From Mobula hypostoma (lineage: Eukaryota), in contig NC_086102.1 in assembly GCF_963921235.1 (NCBI RefSeq), positions 137,206,001-137,270,000 of the forward strand: 64,000 nucleotides of DNA, written 5' to 3'. Every line of letters starts with the position of its first letter. Within the stretch, counting starts at the first letter, position 1. A program made the translations under genes and the position numbers. Shown piece by piece: positions 61,901-64,000 of this stretch. Below the pieces are notes generated by a model, which saw only the letters and a list, made by a program, of their open reading frames with translations, made no database searches and was not told where the DNA came from.

Positions 61901-63697
61901 AGAGTGGTTGGTGCATGGAATGCACTGCCTGAGTCAGTGGTGGAGGCAGATACACTAGTGAAGTTTAAGAGACTACTAGACAGGTATATGGAGGAATCTA
62001 AGGTGGGGGCTTATATGGGAGTCAGGGTTTGAGGGTCGGCACAACATTGTGGGCCAAAGGGCCTGTACTGTGCTGTACTATTCTATGTTCTATGTTCTAA
62101 TTGAAGGAAATTTATATTAGGCAGAAAATGGTGTTGGATAGGCTGTTGGGTCTGAAGGCTGATAAGTCCCCGGGACCTGATGGTCTGCATCCCAGGGTAC
62201 TTAAGGAGGTGGCTTTAGAAATCGTGGATGCATTGATAATCATTTTCCAATGTTCTATAGATTCATGATCAGTTCCTGTGGATTGGAGGGTGGCTAACGT
62301 TGTCCATCTCTTCAAGAAGGGAGGAAGAGAGAAAACAGGGAATTATAGACCAGTTAGCCTGACGTCGGTGGTGGGAAAGATGCTGGAGTCAATTATAAAA
62401 GATGAAATTACGACACATCTGGATAGCAGTAACAGGATCGGTCCAAGTCAGCATGGATTTACGAAGGGGAAATCGTGCTTGACTAATCTTCTGGAATTTT
62501 TTGAGGATGAAACTATGAAAATGGACAAGGGAGAGCCAGTGGATGTAGTGTACCTGGACGTTCAGAAAGTCCCACATAGGAGATTAGTGGGCAAAATTAG
62601 GGCACATGGTATTGGGGGCAGAGTACTGACATGGATTGAAAATTGGCTGGCTGACAGAAAACAAAGAGTAGCGATTAACGGGTCCCTATCGGAATGGCAG
62701 GCAGTGACCAATAGGGTACCGCGGGATTCAGTGCTGGGACCGCAGCTGTTTACAATATATATTAATGATTTAGATGAGGGAATTAAAAGTAACATTAGCA
62801 AATTTGCCAATGACACAAAGCTGGGTGGCAGTGTGAAATGTGAGGAGGATGTTATGAGAATGCAGGGTGACTTGGACAGGCTGGGTGAGTGGGCAGATGC
62901 ATGGCAGATGCAGTTTAATGTGGATAAATGTGAGGTTATCCACTTTGGTGGTAAGAACGGGAAGGCAGATTATTATCTAAATGGAGTCAAGTTAGGAAAA
63001 GGGGAAGCACAACGAGATCTAGGTGTAGTTGTACATCAGTCACTGAAAGCAAGCATGCAAGTACAGCAGGCAGTGAAGAAAGCTAATGGCATGCTGGCCT
63101 TCATAACAAGGGGAACTGAGTATAAGACCAAAGAGGTCCTTCTGCAGCTGTACAGGGCCCTGGTGTGCAGTTTTGGTCTCCAAATTTGAGGAAGGACATT
63201 CTTGCTATTGAGGGAGTGCAGCGTAGGTTCACAAGGTTAATTCCCGGGATGGCGGGACTGTCATATGTCGAAAAATTGGAGCCACTGGGCTTGTATACTC
63301 TGGAGTTTAGAAGGCTGAGAGGGGATCTTATTGAAACATATAAGATTATTAAGGGATTGGACATGCTGGAGGCAGGAAGCATCGTCCCGCTGATGGGTGA
63401 GTCCAGAACCAGAGGCCACAGTTTAAGAATAAGGGGTAGGCCATTTAGAACGGAGTTGAGGAAAAACTTTTTCACTCAGAGAGTGGTGGATATGGTCTGT
63501 CCCAGAAGGCAGTGGAGGCCAAGTCTCCGAATGCTTTCAATAAAGAGATGGATAGAGCTCTTAAAGATAGCGGAATCAAAGGTTATGGGGATAAGGCAGG
63601 AACTGGATACTGATTGTGGATGATCAGCCATGATCACAGTGAATGGTGGTGCTAGCTGGAAGGGCCAAATGGCCTACTCCTGCATCTATTGTCTATT
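58956..63697 (+). mobile_element. outer CR1 LINE (endonuclease through 3' end), split at 60157/62099 by a second CR1 and itself inside a Rex1-type tail
   Basis: GITETWL, YRPPN, GDFN, SDHN at 58960-59540. Sequence resumes at 62099 (AATTGAAGGAAATTTATATTAGG), then KSPGPDG and RT ORF 62278..63189. Rex1 sequence continues at 63698. Confidence 0.93.
60171..62098 (+). mobile_element. inner, younger 5'-truncated CR1 of a different subfamily
   Basis: ORFs 60270..61106 and 61031..62032 form ORF2 with a single frameshift; (TTCTATG)n tail at about 62081-62098. Confidence 0.96.
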
Positions 63698-64000
63698 CCT
63701 AAAAAGTTGACTGTAAGACTTCAGGTTTCAGTACCTCCTCGACAGACTGGGTAGAAATGGCAAATTCCTCCCCTAAATGATGTTAATGAATCAAAGTCCT
63801 TTCTGATGATCTGGTAGTCTTACGGTCATCATTATTTTAATTTTTTTTTTAACCCCAGAAAGACTTAAATTTCTTCTTTGTCGTATTTAAATTGAGATCT
63901 CTGGATCCAGTCCAGCCCTTTGAACATGGGATCAGCAACTTAACCATGATGCTGTTGTATCCAGTGAACATCATTAAATGCAACAGAGGCAATTCATTCT

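Noticed and set aside
60270-62032. Autonomous active CR1
   Set aside because: 5'-truncated (no ORF1 or endonuclease) and frameshifted near 61100.

Overview
This is eukaryotic, vertebrate genomic DNA. The repeat landscape (many CR1 subfamilies, Penelope/GIY-YIG elements, Rex1/Babar-type LINEs, V-domain SINEs) suggests a cartilaginous fish, probably a ray; that is inference from repeat type only. Most of the window is transposon debris, and nearly all ORFs in the supplied track are TE fragments or spurious. One host gene can be assembled by hand and is largely missed by the ORF track: a 7-coding-exon, + strand gene at about 46.0-55.4 kb for a 212-aa secreted cystatin-fold phosphoprotein, best matching secreted phosphoprotein 24 (spp2). 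It has a TATA box with nearby RUNX and AP-1 motifs, a Ser-rich segment ending SSEE at an exon boundary, two candidate phase-0 microexons (18 and 48 nt), and a strongly basic C-terminus. Predicted protein, exons separated by '/': MKSFLLTFAVLQAFQYCA/AIPVFDFLPVFEDALRQSIIQLNSNTAGGYLFAAISDELLH/ITPSGQNDISVDLRFTARETLCPKNSGVEIENCQLSRNPLA/EMVTCHSSVGYSLGKFVDVFLRCKNARSRFVDSSSASASFESSEE/TKVLVK/VMHQRGSKFQDEYYSS/IDWNRQQPDEHQRNGSAMEKKINQRQNMNRGLSTKKIPRRKQRPE*. Other notable structure: minimal hammerhead ribozymes in the Penelope termini; Penelope insertions from 21 bp to 940 bp with 13-15 bp target-site duplications (TSDs); an 80-bp near-perfect palindrome in spp2 intron 3; an R4/Dong-clade fragment beside TAA repeats; a Gypsy remnant with both LTR starts inside an L2; and a three-level LINE nest. 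TE boundaries are approximate unless a TSD is quoted.
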